A stretch of DNA of 64,000 bases from an uncultured SAR116 cluster alpha proteobacterium (GTDB lineage: Bacteria; Pseudomonadota; Alphaproteobacteria; Puniceispirillales; GCA-002684695), in assembly GCA_902612965.1 (NCBI GenBank), contig CACMFN010000004.1, positions 90,355 to 154,354 on the forward strand, written 5' to 3'. Position numbers and translations under genes: made by a program. Positions 18,793 to 26,636 of the stretch are shown piece by piece. Every line of letters begins with the position of its first letter. Position 1 is the first letter of the stretch. Below the pieces are notes generated by a model. That model was given only the letters and a program-made list of their open reading frames with translations, was not told the origin of the DNA and made no database searches.

Positions 18793-19746
18793 ATGATCTA
18801 TAAAGATTATATCCTTGAAAACGAAGTATTATTTGATGAAAATTTTTTAGTAAAGCAATTTGGTTTATTGAATGGATATTTGATTAACGAATTGCCAAAC
18901 CAACAATTTTCCAAACTAGAGATTAGAAGATTTATGAACGAGAATAATTTCAATTCTCACCAAAGATATATGATACTAAATAAAATTAAAAAATTAATAG
19001 ATTTAAAAGCCTTTACAAGACATAAACAGCTTTCTTATATTTCAGAATTAGATTGGTCTTCTCAAGCAATTAAACAAGTAAAAGATGGTAATTCTTTCGG
19101 TTTTATTACAACTACTAATAAACATCATGGAGACTCAATTAAGTATAAAAAATTCCAAGAAAATATAATTGCTACTCCATGGTGTAGAATAAACATTGAA
19201 CCTGAAAAATATCTTAAAATCCTTGAACCTGCATTATCTCAAGCTGTTAAGATAAAATTTATTGATAGATTTATTCTCAATTTGGAAGGACAGTATGATG
19301 ATTTTCGTCATCAATGTTTGGAATTTATTGGGATGGTTTGTGCCTACTATTATACTAGAAATAATTTTGATGTAGAGCTAGATATATTTTCAAATTATAA
19401 GAATAACGTTTTTGGAAAAATGAAAACAATTGATGTTTCGAAATTAAAAAATTATATAAAGTCTGATAAAAGTTATGACATTTTGTCAAAATTTAATGTA
19501 AACTTTTACCTTCTTAAGGAAGAAGATCCTCTTATTGAAGATTTGCATGACAGGTTTTTTTGGACACCTGATACTCTTATAAATGTTGGTATAGGTTTTA
19601 CCCAAGACAGACGCCGTAGTACTAGTATTACACTAATGTCAAATAAACATCTCCATGAGGAAATTGATGATTCATATTCAGGGCTAGATAATGACAGATT
19701 TAAGGTTATGGATAGTTTCTCGATTAATGATTTAAAAAATATTTAA
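18793..19746 (+). CDS. Uncharacterised protein with C-terminal MIT_C-like (phospholipase-D-fold) domain (tentative)
   Basis: VKIKFIDRFILNLEGQYDDFRHQCLEFIGMV...VNFYLLKEEDPLIEDLHDRFFWTPDTLINVGIGF resembles the MITD1 C-terminal pattern (IRIQDPYI...[20 protein letters not shown]). The start lies 4 nt after the ATPase stop. This resemblance was judged by eye. Confidence 0.4.
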   Translation: MIYKDYILENEVLFDENFLVKQFGLLNGYLINELPNQQFSKLEIRRFMNENNFNSHQRYMILNKIKKLIDLKAFTRHKQLSYISELDWSSQAIKQVKDGNSFGFITTTNKHHGDSIKYKKFQENIIATPWCRINIEPEKYLKILEPALSQAVKIKFIDRFILNLEGQYDDFRHQCLEFIGMVCAYYYTRNNFDVELDIFSNYKNNVFGKMKTIDVSKLKNYIKSDKSYDILSKFNVNFYLLKEEDPLIEDLHDRFFWTPDTLINVGIGFTQDRRRSTSITLMSNKHLHEEIDDSYSGLDNDRFKVMDSFSINDLKNI

Positions 19747-19812
19747 AATCTTGTCACATATTTAGTTTTCGCCAGTTCCTTTATTAGTAATTTTAAAAGG
19801 AGCTAAATTATA

Positions 19813-20691
19813 ATGATTAATTTTAGAAAACATTTTCAGTCATCCACTTTGACTGATAGTTTTAAACTAGGAGCATTAACACTGTACCCAATTAATTTTG
19901 AAAATAGATCAATGCCATTTCAATTTTCAACTTTTGATGATCTTCATGACAGGGATTTAGTTGAGGCAAGAGAAATAGGTACAGAAGGTATTGTAGGAAG
20001 AATTATAATTGAAAATAAAAGTGACGATTATTTAATTATATTTGATGGTGAAGCAATAGTTGGTGCAAAACAAAACCGTATAGCTGAGCAAACAGTAATT
20101 ATTTTGCCTAAATCAATACTTGAAATACCAGTAAATTGTGTTGAAAGAGGTAGATGGCAATATCGTGATAGAAGAAGATTTTCTAAAAGTAACTTCTCTG
20201 CAAGTCCAAAAATGAGAGTATCAAAAGCTGAAATGCTTAAAGCGCAAAGATATGAAAATGTTCAATCTGAAATGTGGAATGAAATTGATATGCTTTCTGA
20301 GAAGGTATCTTATTCTTCCAACACAAGTGATCTTGGAGATGTGTTGTATAATAGGGAAAAATATAAATTTGATTACGATAAAAGTTTAATAGAAAATTCC
20401 TCTTGCAAAGGTTTCCTGGTATTTGGAACAGGGAAACCATTTATTGAAGTTTTTTTAAATAATGAAATCTGTAAAAAACAAACTTTAAAATCACTTGATA
20501 GCTGGATGGCTGATATAGAATATGGTTCTGAAGTGCCATCAAACCCAAATGTATTTCTCGAACATTTTCTAATTTCGGAATGGAAAAATGACAGAAATAT
20601 AGGAATCGAAAATTCATTTAGCCCTTCAATTTTAAATGGAAGAGCTACGTTTCTGCAAAATGAATTTATACATACTTATTATTATTTTTAG
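19813..20691 (+). CDS. ARPP-1/DUF6569-like protein (tentative)
   Basis: LGALTLYPI...LVEAREIGTEGIVGRIIIENKSDDYLIIFDGEAIVGAKQNRIAEQTVIILPKSILEIPVNCVERGRWQY matches the remembered signature (LTVFPL...LLLDGEELVGAKQNR...IPVSCVEQGRW). AAGGAG lies upstream of the ATG. Confidence 0.55.
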   Translation: MINFRKHFQSSTLTDSFKLGALTLYPINFENRSMPFQFSTFDDLHDRDLVEAREIGTEGIVGRIIIENKSDDYLIIFDGEAIVGAKQNRIAEQTVIILPKSILEIPVNCVERGRWQYRDRRRFSKSNFSASPKMRVSKAEMLKAQRYENVQSEMWNEIDMLSEKVSYSSNTSDLGDVLYNREKYKFDYDKSLIENSSCKGFLVFGTGKPFIEVFLNNEICKKQTLKSLDSWMADIEYGSEVPSNPNVFLEHFLISEWKNDRNIGIENSFSPSILNGRATFLQNEFIHTYYYF

Positions 20692-20700
20692 GAGTAAATA

Positions 20701-21216
20701 ATGTGTGATGGTTGCACACAAATTTTTATAAAGTTTAAAAAAGTTATCAGAGGAGCTGCTCTTACTCATGCAAACAGTTTTGTAGCTGCTGATGATCTCA
20801 TTGGGATTATCAATTTAAAATTCTTTGCATGGAAAAAAAACCAAAAAGGACAAATCAATTTAAAAAATGCATTTTTCTATACAATTGCAAAAAATGCTGC
20901 AATTGACCAAATCGAAGATGAGGACAAAAGACTATATAATGAGCATGAAGATCTTTTAAATACTGTTTATTTTTCAGAAAAATTAAATGATGTAGAGACA
21001 AAATATCTTGTTGAACAAATTCTTATGAGTGTGGAGAACCACGAAAGAGATGCTCTTATTTCTGTTATTAATAATGAAACAGTAAAAGAGTTCTGTGAAA
21101 GAAATAAAATTGAAAAACAAAATACAGGTATTAAGAAAAGAAGAAGAGCTATTGAGGCAGCAGCTAATCGTATAAATTTGTTAAATAAAGAAGAAAGAAT
21201 TAAGAATGACATATGA
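20701..21216 (+). CDS. Sigma-70 family (ECF-like) sigma factor homologue
   Basis: Region 2-like AADDLIGIINLKFFAWKK...LKNAFFYTIAKNAAIDQIEDEDKR. Region 4-like ERDALISVINNETVKEFCERNKIEKQNTGIKKRRRAIEAAANRI. Confidence 0.6.
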   Translation: MCDGCTQIFIKFKKVIRGAALTHANSFVAADDLIGIINLKFFAWKKNQKGQINLKNAFFYTIAKNAAIDQIEDEDKRLYNEHEDLLNTVYFSEKLNDVETKYLVEQILMSVENHERDALISVINNETVKEFCERNKIEKQNTGIKKRRRAIEAAANRINLLNKEERIKNDI

Positions 21217-22297
21217 AATTCTATCCGAAAATGATTTAAAAAAATATTTTTATTCAGAGAAATTCAGTTCAGTAATTGATGAACTGGATATAAAGAAAAA
21301 ACAAAAACAAGAAACTATATGTAAATGTTTTTTTTATGGATTATCAATTAATGGAATAAAGTTTGATAAAATTTTTTATGATGAGATAGAAAATTCTTTT
21401 GATGAAAATATACCTGCATACATTATTTCAAATTATCAAACATTTAAAAAATTTGAAAACAACCAAAATGCAAATTTATATTTTAATGAATTTATAAAAA
21501 GTAAAACATTTGAATTTCTTGATAATGAACTCTTCAATATTGCTGAAACAAGATTTGACTGGTTTAACAATAATTTCGCAATTGGAAAATTAGATGCAAA
21601 CAAAAAAAATATGCAAGATTTTCAAAGTGATTTTGGAAATGTTTATTCTATTGAAAGACGTGAACCAGTTTTGTTTGAAGTTTCTGAAAAAGAAAACTTA
21701 TACAGAAATCAAATTTTAGAAATTATTTCCAAGATTGACAGTTTTCGGAATTTTCAAACCAAAATAGGTTACACAAAAGATGAATACAAAAATTCTTTAA
21801 TGATGATAAGTTCTGAATGGAATTATTTGCTAGAACAAATGAACCATACATGTCAGTTATTACTAAATGAGAATAATGAGAAATATGAAAAATTAAATAA
21901 AATAATTTTATTTTACAGAAATGAATTTCAGTATGTAAACAAACAGATTGAAACCATAATTAATAATCTTGATGACATAAATAAGAAATTTGATTCATTT
22001 CGAGAACAAAGTCAGTATGCAACTGAAGAGATGATGGAATTATTTGAAGAACGGAAAAATAATATTTATGACTTTTATAAAGCAGGCAGATTTGTAAACC
22101 GAAAAAGTGAAAGAAAAAATAAGCATTATACATTTAGTAATAATATAAACCTGGAAAAAATCTTTCAGAAAGAAGATAATAATATCGAGATAACACAGGA
22201 ATTTTTTGAAAATGTTTTCCTTATAAATAGAGTTTTTTATCACAAAAAAAACATTGATCTTGTAAAACAATCTTTTGAAGGAATACTCAATGATTAG
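21206..22297 (+). CDS. Hypothetical protein (363 aa, Asn/Lys/Glu-rich, helical)
   Basis: Overlaps the sigma-like gene's stop by 11 nt, which suggests translational coupling. No motif recognised. Confidence 0.55.
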   Translation: MTYEILSENDLKKYFYSEKFSSVIDELDIKKKQKQETICKCFFYGLSINGIKFDKIFYDEIENSFDENIPAYIISNYQTFKKFENNQNANLYFNEFIKSKTFEFLDNELFNIAETRFDWFNNNFAIGKLDANKKNMQDFQSDFGNVYSIERREPVLFEVSEKENLYRNQILEIISKIDSFRNFQTKIGYTKDEYKNSLMMISSEWNYLLEQMNHTCQLLLNENNEKYEKLNKIILFYRNEFQYVNKQIETIINNLDDINKKFDSFREQSQYATEEMMELFEERKNNIYDFYKAGRFVNRKSERKNKHYTFSNNINLEKIFQKEDNNIEITQEFFENVFLINRVFYHKKNIDLVKQSFEGILND

Positions 22298-22363
22298 TAT
22301 TTTTGTATACCTTTCATTTTTTAATTTATTCAGCATTTATGGTTTTGCAAGATCTTTAGTAAT

Positions 22364-22699
22364 ATGAATATTAAAGGACGGTTTTCAGTACAGGAAAAAC
22401 AAATTATTGCTGAGAGATATATGTCTGGTCAATCAATGGCAAAAATTAGTCGAGATATGTATCGTTCGGAATTTTCAATACGTAAACATCTTGTAAAATT
22501 AGGCATATTTAGATTTCGCAAAATTTCTGAGGTTTCAAAAAAAGAAGATAAATTTTTTCCACTGTATAAAAAGTATAAAATTACTCTCTTTTCAACCTTT
22601 ATTTGGCTTCCTCTTATTTCTATATTTTTAGTTTTATTTCCAGAGTTTAATCCCCTTGAATCATTTTTAATAATTTGTTTTTCTTTATTCAATTTATAG
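22364..22699 (+). CDS. Small HTH protein with C-terminal transmembrane segments
   Basis: The HTH is SVQEKQIIAERYMSGQSMAKISRDMYRSEFSIRKHLVKLGI. The hydrophobic stretches are ITLFSTFIWLPLISIFLVLFP and FLIICFSLF. Confidence 0.45.
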   Translation: MNIKGRFSVQEKQIIAERYMSGQSMAKISRDMYRSEFSIRKHLVKLGIFRFRKISEVSKKEDKFFPLYKKYKITLFSTFIWLPLISIFLVLFPEFNPLESFLIICFSLFNL

Positions 22700-22720
22700 A
22701 AGAACACGTTATTCTATTTT

Positions 22721-22750
22721 AATTCCTTAAAAAGGAATTTTATATTTTAG
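22721..22750 (+). terminator. Possible rho-independent terminator
   Basis: AATTCCTT (22721-22728) pairs with AAGGAATT (22732-22739), followed by TTTATATTTT. The stem is AT-rich and therefore weak. Confidence 0.3.
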
Positions 22751-22957
22751 AATCCGTTTCAAAAGGTAATAAAAAACAATATTTATGATAAGTGGACGCA
22801 TATTATTTAAATAATTAACTAGTAAAATTATAGTTGTCATCGTCTTTTAATTTCATTTCAAAACACAATATATCAAAGATGTATTAATTATGGAGATGAA
22901 AGTTGGCTAATATTCAAGATATTTATGAGGTCAGTGATAAAGCATCAAAAGTATTGA

Positions 22958-23395
22958 ATGATCTCGGGTTTAACTCACATCAATTTTCAATTAGTTATGG
23001 ACTTGAGAAATCAGCACAAAAAATTTTTTTATGAAGAGACTGGCTTTATTGATGAGAACAGTAACCACGAAGAATGGAGCAGTGATGAAAATTATTGGGG
23101 TTCCGAGTTTCAATCATTGATTGCAAATGCGATTGATAATTCTCCAACTAGGAAAGATACATTTAAGTTACTTTTCAATAAAATAAAGAGTTTTGATAAT
23201 TTTATAAAAAAAGATGAGGTCCTTCCTGATAGCAAAATTGTTGATTTTCTTCTTTCTTCAGTGGATAAATTTGTAAATTTTGACCCTCATAAAAATGGTT
23301 TTACCAATTCGAATGCAAATATTAAATGGATTGATGATTTCTCTCCTACATCTGTACAACTGGCAATAATGGCTTCAATAGTGCACCAAATTTAA
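22958..23395 (+). CDS. Hypothetical protein
   Basis: ORF only. The start is uncertain (a second Met lies at aa 14). No motif recognised. Confidence 0.4.
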   Translation: MISGLTHINFQLVMDLRNQHKKFFYEETGFIDENSNHEEWSSDENYWGSEFQSLIANAIDNSPTRKDTFKLLFNKIKSFDNFIKKDEVLPDSKIVDFLLSSVDKFVNFDPHKNGFTNSNANIKWIDDFSPTSVQLAIMASIVHQI

Positions 23396-23490
23396 ATTTT
23401 AATTGTGTAGCAGTGCAAATAAAAATTAAACTTTTATATATTTATTAATTTAAGCTGATAATATTTAATATTTAAAAAATAACTACACTG

Positions 23491-25782
23491 CTATACCAAC
23501 CTTTTCTCTGATATGTAATACCCAGTATTATTTCTTCTGATTAAATAATCTGAATTGTTTGCAATACCTCTCATTCTAGCATTGAACCTTTTTTGCGGTG
23601 GAATAAAATGTTTCGGATAATTATCCTCGACCCATGAACAACAATCACTATACGCATTTTTAAAACTGTAATTGTAATTCTTTTTTATATTTTCTTCAAA
23701 ATCTCCCCTGTCAAACCATTCAAGTATTACATCAGCCTCTTTAAACCATTCTTCAGTCGCATCAGAAACTACAGAGGGTATATCATATCCACCATTTTGA
23801 ATCACCTGCTCTAAACCCCTAACAGACAATGCAAGAAAAACATTACTTTCTTCATTTAGGATCTTATCAGCAATCATCGGTATCTGTTCATTGCTTGGGA
23901 TACTTCTTTTGAAGGGTATAACATTCATCCTTCTCTCTATGCCAGCATCTACACCATCAATGAAATTGGGGAGTTCATTAGCAGCAAACAGATGAATAGC
24001 TGTCGGGTTAAAGTTAAAAACATGTTTATAAATAATTTTAGCTGTAACTGTTTCACCTGTTATTACAGCTTTCATCTTATCTGATGTGATGGCCTGCGAT
24101 CCTGATAATTCGTCTGTTATATTTATGCTTTTCCCTGAGAGATCAGCAAGATATTGTTCTTTATTCAGGTTACCAGGCGGAATTGATGTAGAAGCTGTCT
24201 TAGGTAGGAAAAGTTTCAGAAGTTTTAAAAATTGAGACTTTCCATTCATGGCTGTAGGTCCATATAAAACAAAAGCTTTCGGGGAAGATAATCGGGTTGA
24301 ATAACTAGAACAGGCAACACCCGATATTTGAAACAAAAGTTTGATAAGCCTTTCCTTGAAAAGTTCATCTTTAAAACAGCCATCCAGAAATATTTTCAAA
24401 AAGCCATCTATACATAGGTTCTGATCAGGTTGCCATGTAGATTGAATTGTATGTCTTTGCCGATGAAGATGGTGATGTTCAAGCAAAGAGATAGAAGGCT
24501 TGTCTGTAACTTTAATGAAACCAGAAAGACAATTAATTCCAACTAAGCTCTCACTGAAGAAACCGGGTCTGGCACATATTGAAGATAGCTCATTTATAAC
24601 TCCGTCTATAAAATTTTTATTTGATATAATAAATTTCTTTTTTTGAAATTGAAGACCATCCAGATCCTGGACCCATTTTCTGCATATATGATCTTCACAT
24701 TTTTCCCAATGTGTTTTGTTATATGTCCAGAAAAAACCTTCATCAAACACAAGCGGAGGTTTATTGAATTCTTTTCGGGCTTTTATATATTTGGCAATTT
24801 CGGTATGAGATCCTCTCGTTATTATAAAATCAGATTGACCGTTCCATCCAGCATCTCTTGCTTTTATGAAAATCGTTTCAATTGATATTCTATCAGGTTT
24901 GAAAGTATTCCATTTCGAAAGAACATCCTCTTTCCCCTTAAAATTATAAGGAACGCTTCCATCAGATCGTTTTTCTGACCATGACATGAAAATTTCAAAA
25001 GCTTTATCACTTTTTGTCGATTTCAAGGCCATCCCTACATAAATCCATTGATTATAGTCTTGAGGATCAAGAAATTTTAATGGATCAGCAATATTTTCAA
25101 GAATTTTATCATTCGTGTCATTACATGTTGGCTTATAGGTTTTATTTTCAAATATATTTTTTCGGGAAACAGGCTTTCCAAAAAATGAGAAGATCTTTTT
25201 TTCACTAACTTGTCTAAGGTAATCGACCTGTTTCATATTTATGGGAGGCAGATCTTCAATATTCATATCCATAATATTATCATCTGCCCATATATAATTT
25301 TTTCCTGTCTTGGGATGGATACCCGAGATTACAGCCTGATTGCCTTTTGAGAGAAACTCGACTTGGTTTTTTTCATCACCGTCCATATAGGTTTCTGTTG
25401 ATGACTTGCTAAATGTTTTACCCTCTACTCTGAAAAACAATGCTGCTTTTGGGCTTTGCCCAATTCTCATAGGTGCATGCCCAAAATTATCTTTTATAAA
25501 TTTTATTACTTCAAAACTGAGATCTTTATTCATGATATCAATGTCAATTACACAAACTCTGCCAAGAAGAATTCCAATGCCATGCTGTCTGTGATCTTTG
25601 ATAAGTTTTTGGTATTGATCTTGATCTATTTTATCGAATTTAGTCCATCCTTTAACAGCTGGTCTTTTCTGCTTCTCAAGAATAGGTATGGGATAAAAGC
25701 CGTTATCCAGAAGTCTTTCTGCATATTCATGAAAATATTGGGGATTAGTCATTGCTCTTCTCCATATATTGAAACCATTCAT
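23491..25782 (-). CDS. Bifunctional primase-polymerase / D5-P4-type replicative helicase
   Basis: N-terminal PrimPol signature LLDNGFYPIPILEKQKRPAVKGW...HGIGILLGRVCVIDIDI. Central Walker A LYGPTAMNGKSQFLKLL. Overall architecture of phage/plasmid primases of the P4 family. Confidence 0.88.
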   Translation of the reverse strand: MNGFNIWRRAMTNPQYFHEYAERLLDNGFYPIPILEKQKRPAVKGWTKFDKIDQDQYQKLIKDHRQHGIGILLGRVCVIDIDIMNKDLSFEVIKFIKDNFGHAPMRIGQSPKAALFFRVEGKTFSKSSTETYMDGDEKNQVEFLSKGNQAVISGIHPKTGKNYIWADDNIMDMNIEDLPPINMKQVDYLRQVSEKKIFSFFGKPVSRKNIFENKTYKPTCNDTNDKILENIADPLKFLDPQDYNQWIYVGMALKSTKSDKAFEIFMSWSEKRSDGSVPYNFKGKEDVLSKWNTFKPDRISIETIFIKARDAGWNGQSDFIITRGSHTEIAKYIKARKEFNKPPLVFDEGFFWTYNKTHWEKCEDHICRKWVQDLDGLQFQKKKFIISNKNFIDGVINELSSICARPGFFSESLVGINCLSGFIKVTDKPSISLLEHHHLHRQRHTIQSTWQPDQNLCIDGFLKIFLDGCFKDELFKERLIKLLFQISGVACSSYSTRLSSPKAFVLYGPTAMNGKSQFLKLLKLFLPKTASTSIPPGNLNKEQYLADLSGKSINITDELSGSQAITSDKMKAVITGETVTAKIIYKHVFNFNPTAIHLFAANELPNFIDGVDAGIERRMNVIPFKRSIPSNEQIPMIADKILNEESNVFLALSVRGLEQVIQNGGYDIPSVVSDATEEWFKEADVILEWFDRGDFEENIKKNYNYSFKNAYSDCCSWVEDNYPKHFIPPQKRFNARMRGIANNSDYLIRRNNTGYYISEKRLV

Positions 25783-25936
25783 TGATTTTTTTAATTGAGA
25801 AGAGGGGAGTTCTGCCTGATGCTTTAATAGGTTTTGGGAAGTTTCTATTTTTAATCCATCTATTTAGTGTGTCCTTATGGATATTAAAGCGTGAACAGAT
25901 TTTGTCTCTTGATATAATTTCATAAAGTTTGTGCAT
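25745..25936 (-). CDS. AlpA-family HTH regulator / excisionase-like protein
   Basis: RFNIHKDTLNRWIKNRNFPKPIKASGRTPLFSIKKINEW is the AlpA / prophage CP4-57 regulatory pattern. Confidence 0.8.
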   Translation of the reverse strand: MHKLYEIISRDKICSRFNIHKDTLNRWIKNRNFPKPIKASGRTPLFSIKKINEWFQYMEKSND

Positions 25937-26038
25937 GCAAATTCTCCTTGCAATAAAATTGATAATTTTGGATTTGCATCGCTTTTCATGAGAAGTGGCA
26001 GCCTATGAACACCACTATGCGTATCTTTTGGTACTTTA

Positions 26039-26207
26039 ATTTCAGTACTTCAGGCTGATCGTTCACCTTTATTTCAGTATTTTCTCTTAATACTGATACT
26101 TGATTATATCATGGTATATTAAGGTATGACAGGCCCAAATTTAATTTTTTCCGGTCACATCTCCGTCACAACGGTAGCTCATTTCTTGACTTTTTAAGGT
26201 ATGCAGG
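26039..26207. repeat. Two sets of short direct repeats in the alpA-tRNA spacer
   Basis: ATTTCAGTACTT (26039-26050) and ATTTCAGTATTT (26071-26082). TTAAGGTATGACAGG (26119-26133) and TTAAGGTATGCAGG (26194-26207). GTCACA occurs twice within 26147-26170. Confidence 0.5.
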
Positions 26208-26274
26208 AGAGAATCTGATAAATATTAACAGTGAGGTGTGATTAGCCTATAGCCTTGAATTTACCTGTGAAAAG

Positions 26275-26350
26275 TGGTGCCCAGGGGCGGATTTGAACCA
26301 CCGACACGAGGATTTTCAGTCCACTGCTCTACCGACTGAGCTACCTGGGC
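26275..26350 (-). tRNA. tRNA-Phe (anticodon GAA), CCA encoded
   Basis: The reverse complement GCCCAGGTAGCTCAGTCGGTAGAGCAGTGGACTGAAAATCCTCGTGTCGGTGGTTCAAATCCGCCCCTGGGCACCA folds as a cloverleaf. It is close to E. coli tRNA-Phe. There is one U-U mismatch in the anticodon stem. Confidence 0.95.
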
Positions 26351-26417
26351 ATAAAATAATTTTAATCTCGTTTATTTAACCTATAATTATAATACTGTCT
26401 AGATATGTTATTGAAAG

Positions 26418-26636
26418 TTATGACTTATCTTTTTCAGAAAGTTTGACAATATCTAATCCGTCTGGATCCTCTACAGAAGGGATCGAATATTTTCCATCAA
26501 ACCATTTTCCCAGATCTATACTAGAACAACGTTGTGAGCAAAAGGGGTAGGAGGATTTTACTGAAAAGTTTCCACAAGTTGGGCATTTAGTTTTATTATT
26601 TTTAATTAATTTCAGGTTTTTTTTCATTTCATTCAT
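26418..26636 (-). CDS. yacG: DNA gyrase inhibitor YacG (zinc finger)
   Basis: CPTCGN...YPFCSQRCSSIDLGKWF. Confidence 0.85.
   Translation of the reverse strand: MNEMKKNLKLIKNNKTKCPTCGNFSVKSSYPFCSQRCSSIDLGKWFDGKYSIPSVEDPDGLDIVKLSEKDKS

Larger units (their letters stand above)
1..26274. mobile_element. tRNA-Phe-associated genomic (defence) island; left boundary outside the window
   Basis: The accessory and defence gene content ends exactly at the tRNA-Phe 3' end. alpA and a primase-helicase lie next to the tRNA. Conserved housekeeping synteny begins on the other side. No integrase is seen. Confidence 0.7.

Noticed and set aside
23405-23496. Inverted repeat GTGTAGCAGTG ... CACTGCTATAC flanking about 70 nt of AT-rich DNA between the hypothetical gene and the primase stop
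   Set aside because: The arms are 11 nt with one mismatch and the loop is far too long for a terminator. It could be an ori or recombination site, but a single imperfect short repeat is weak evidence.
1-26274. Internal copy of the tRNA-Phe 3' segment (a second att site) and any integrase ORF
   Set aside because: I could not find a repeat of GGATTTGAACC-type sequence or a recombinase-like translation in the island by eye. Absence cannot be proven without an alignment tool, so I report it only as 'not seen'.
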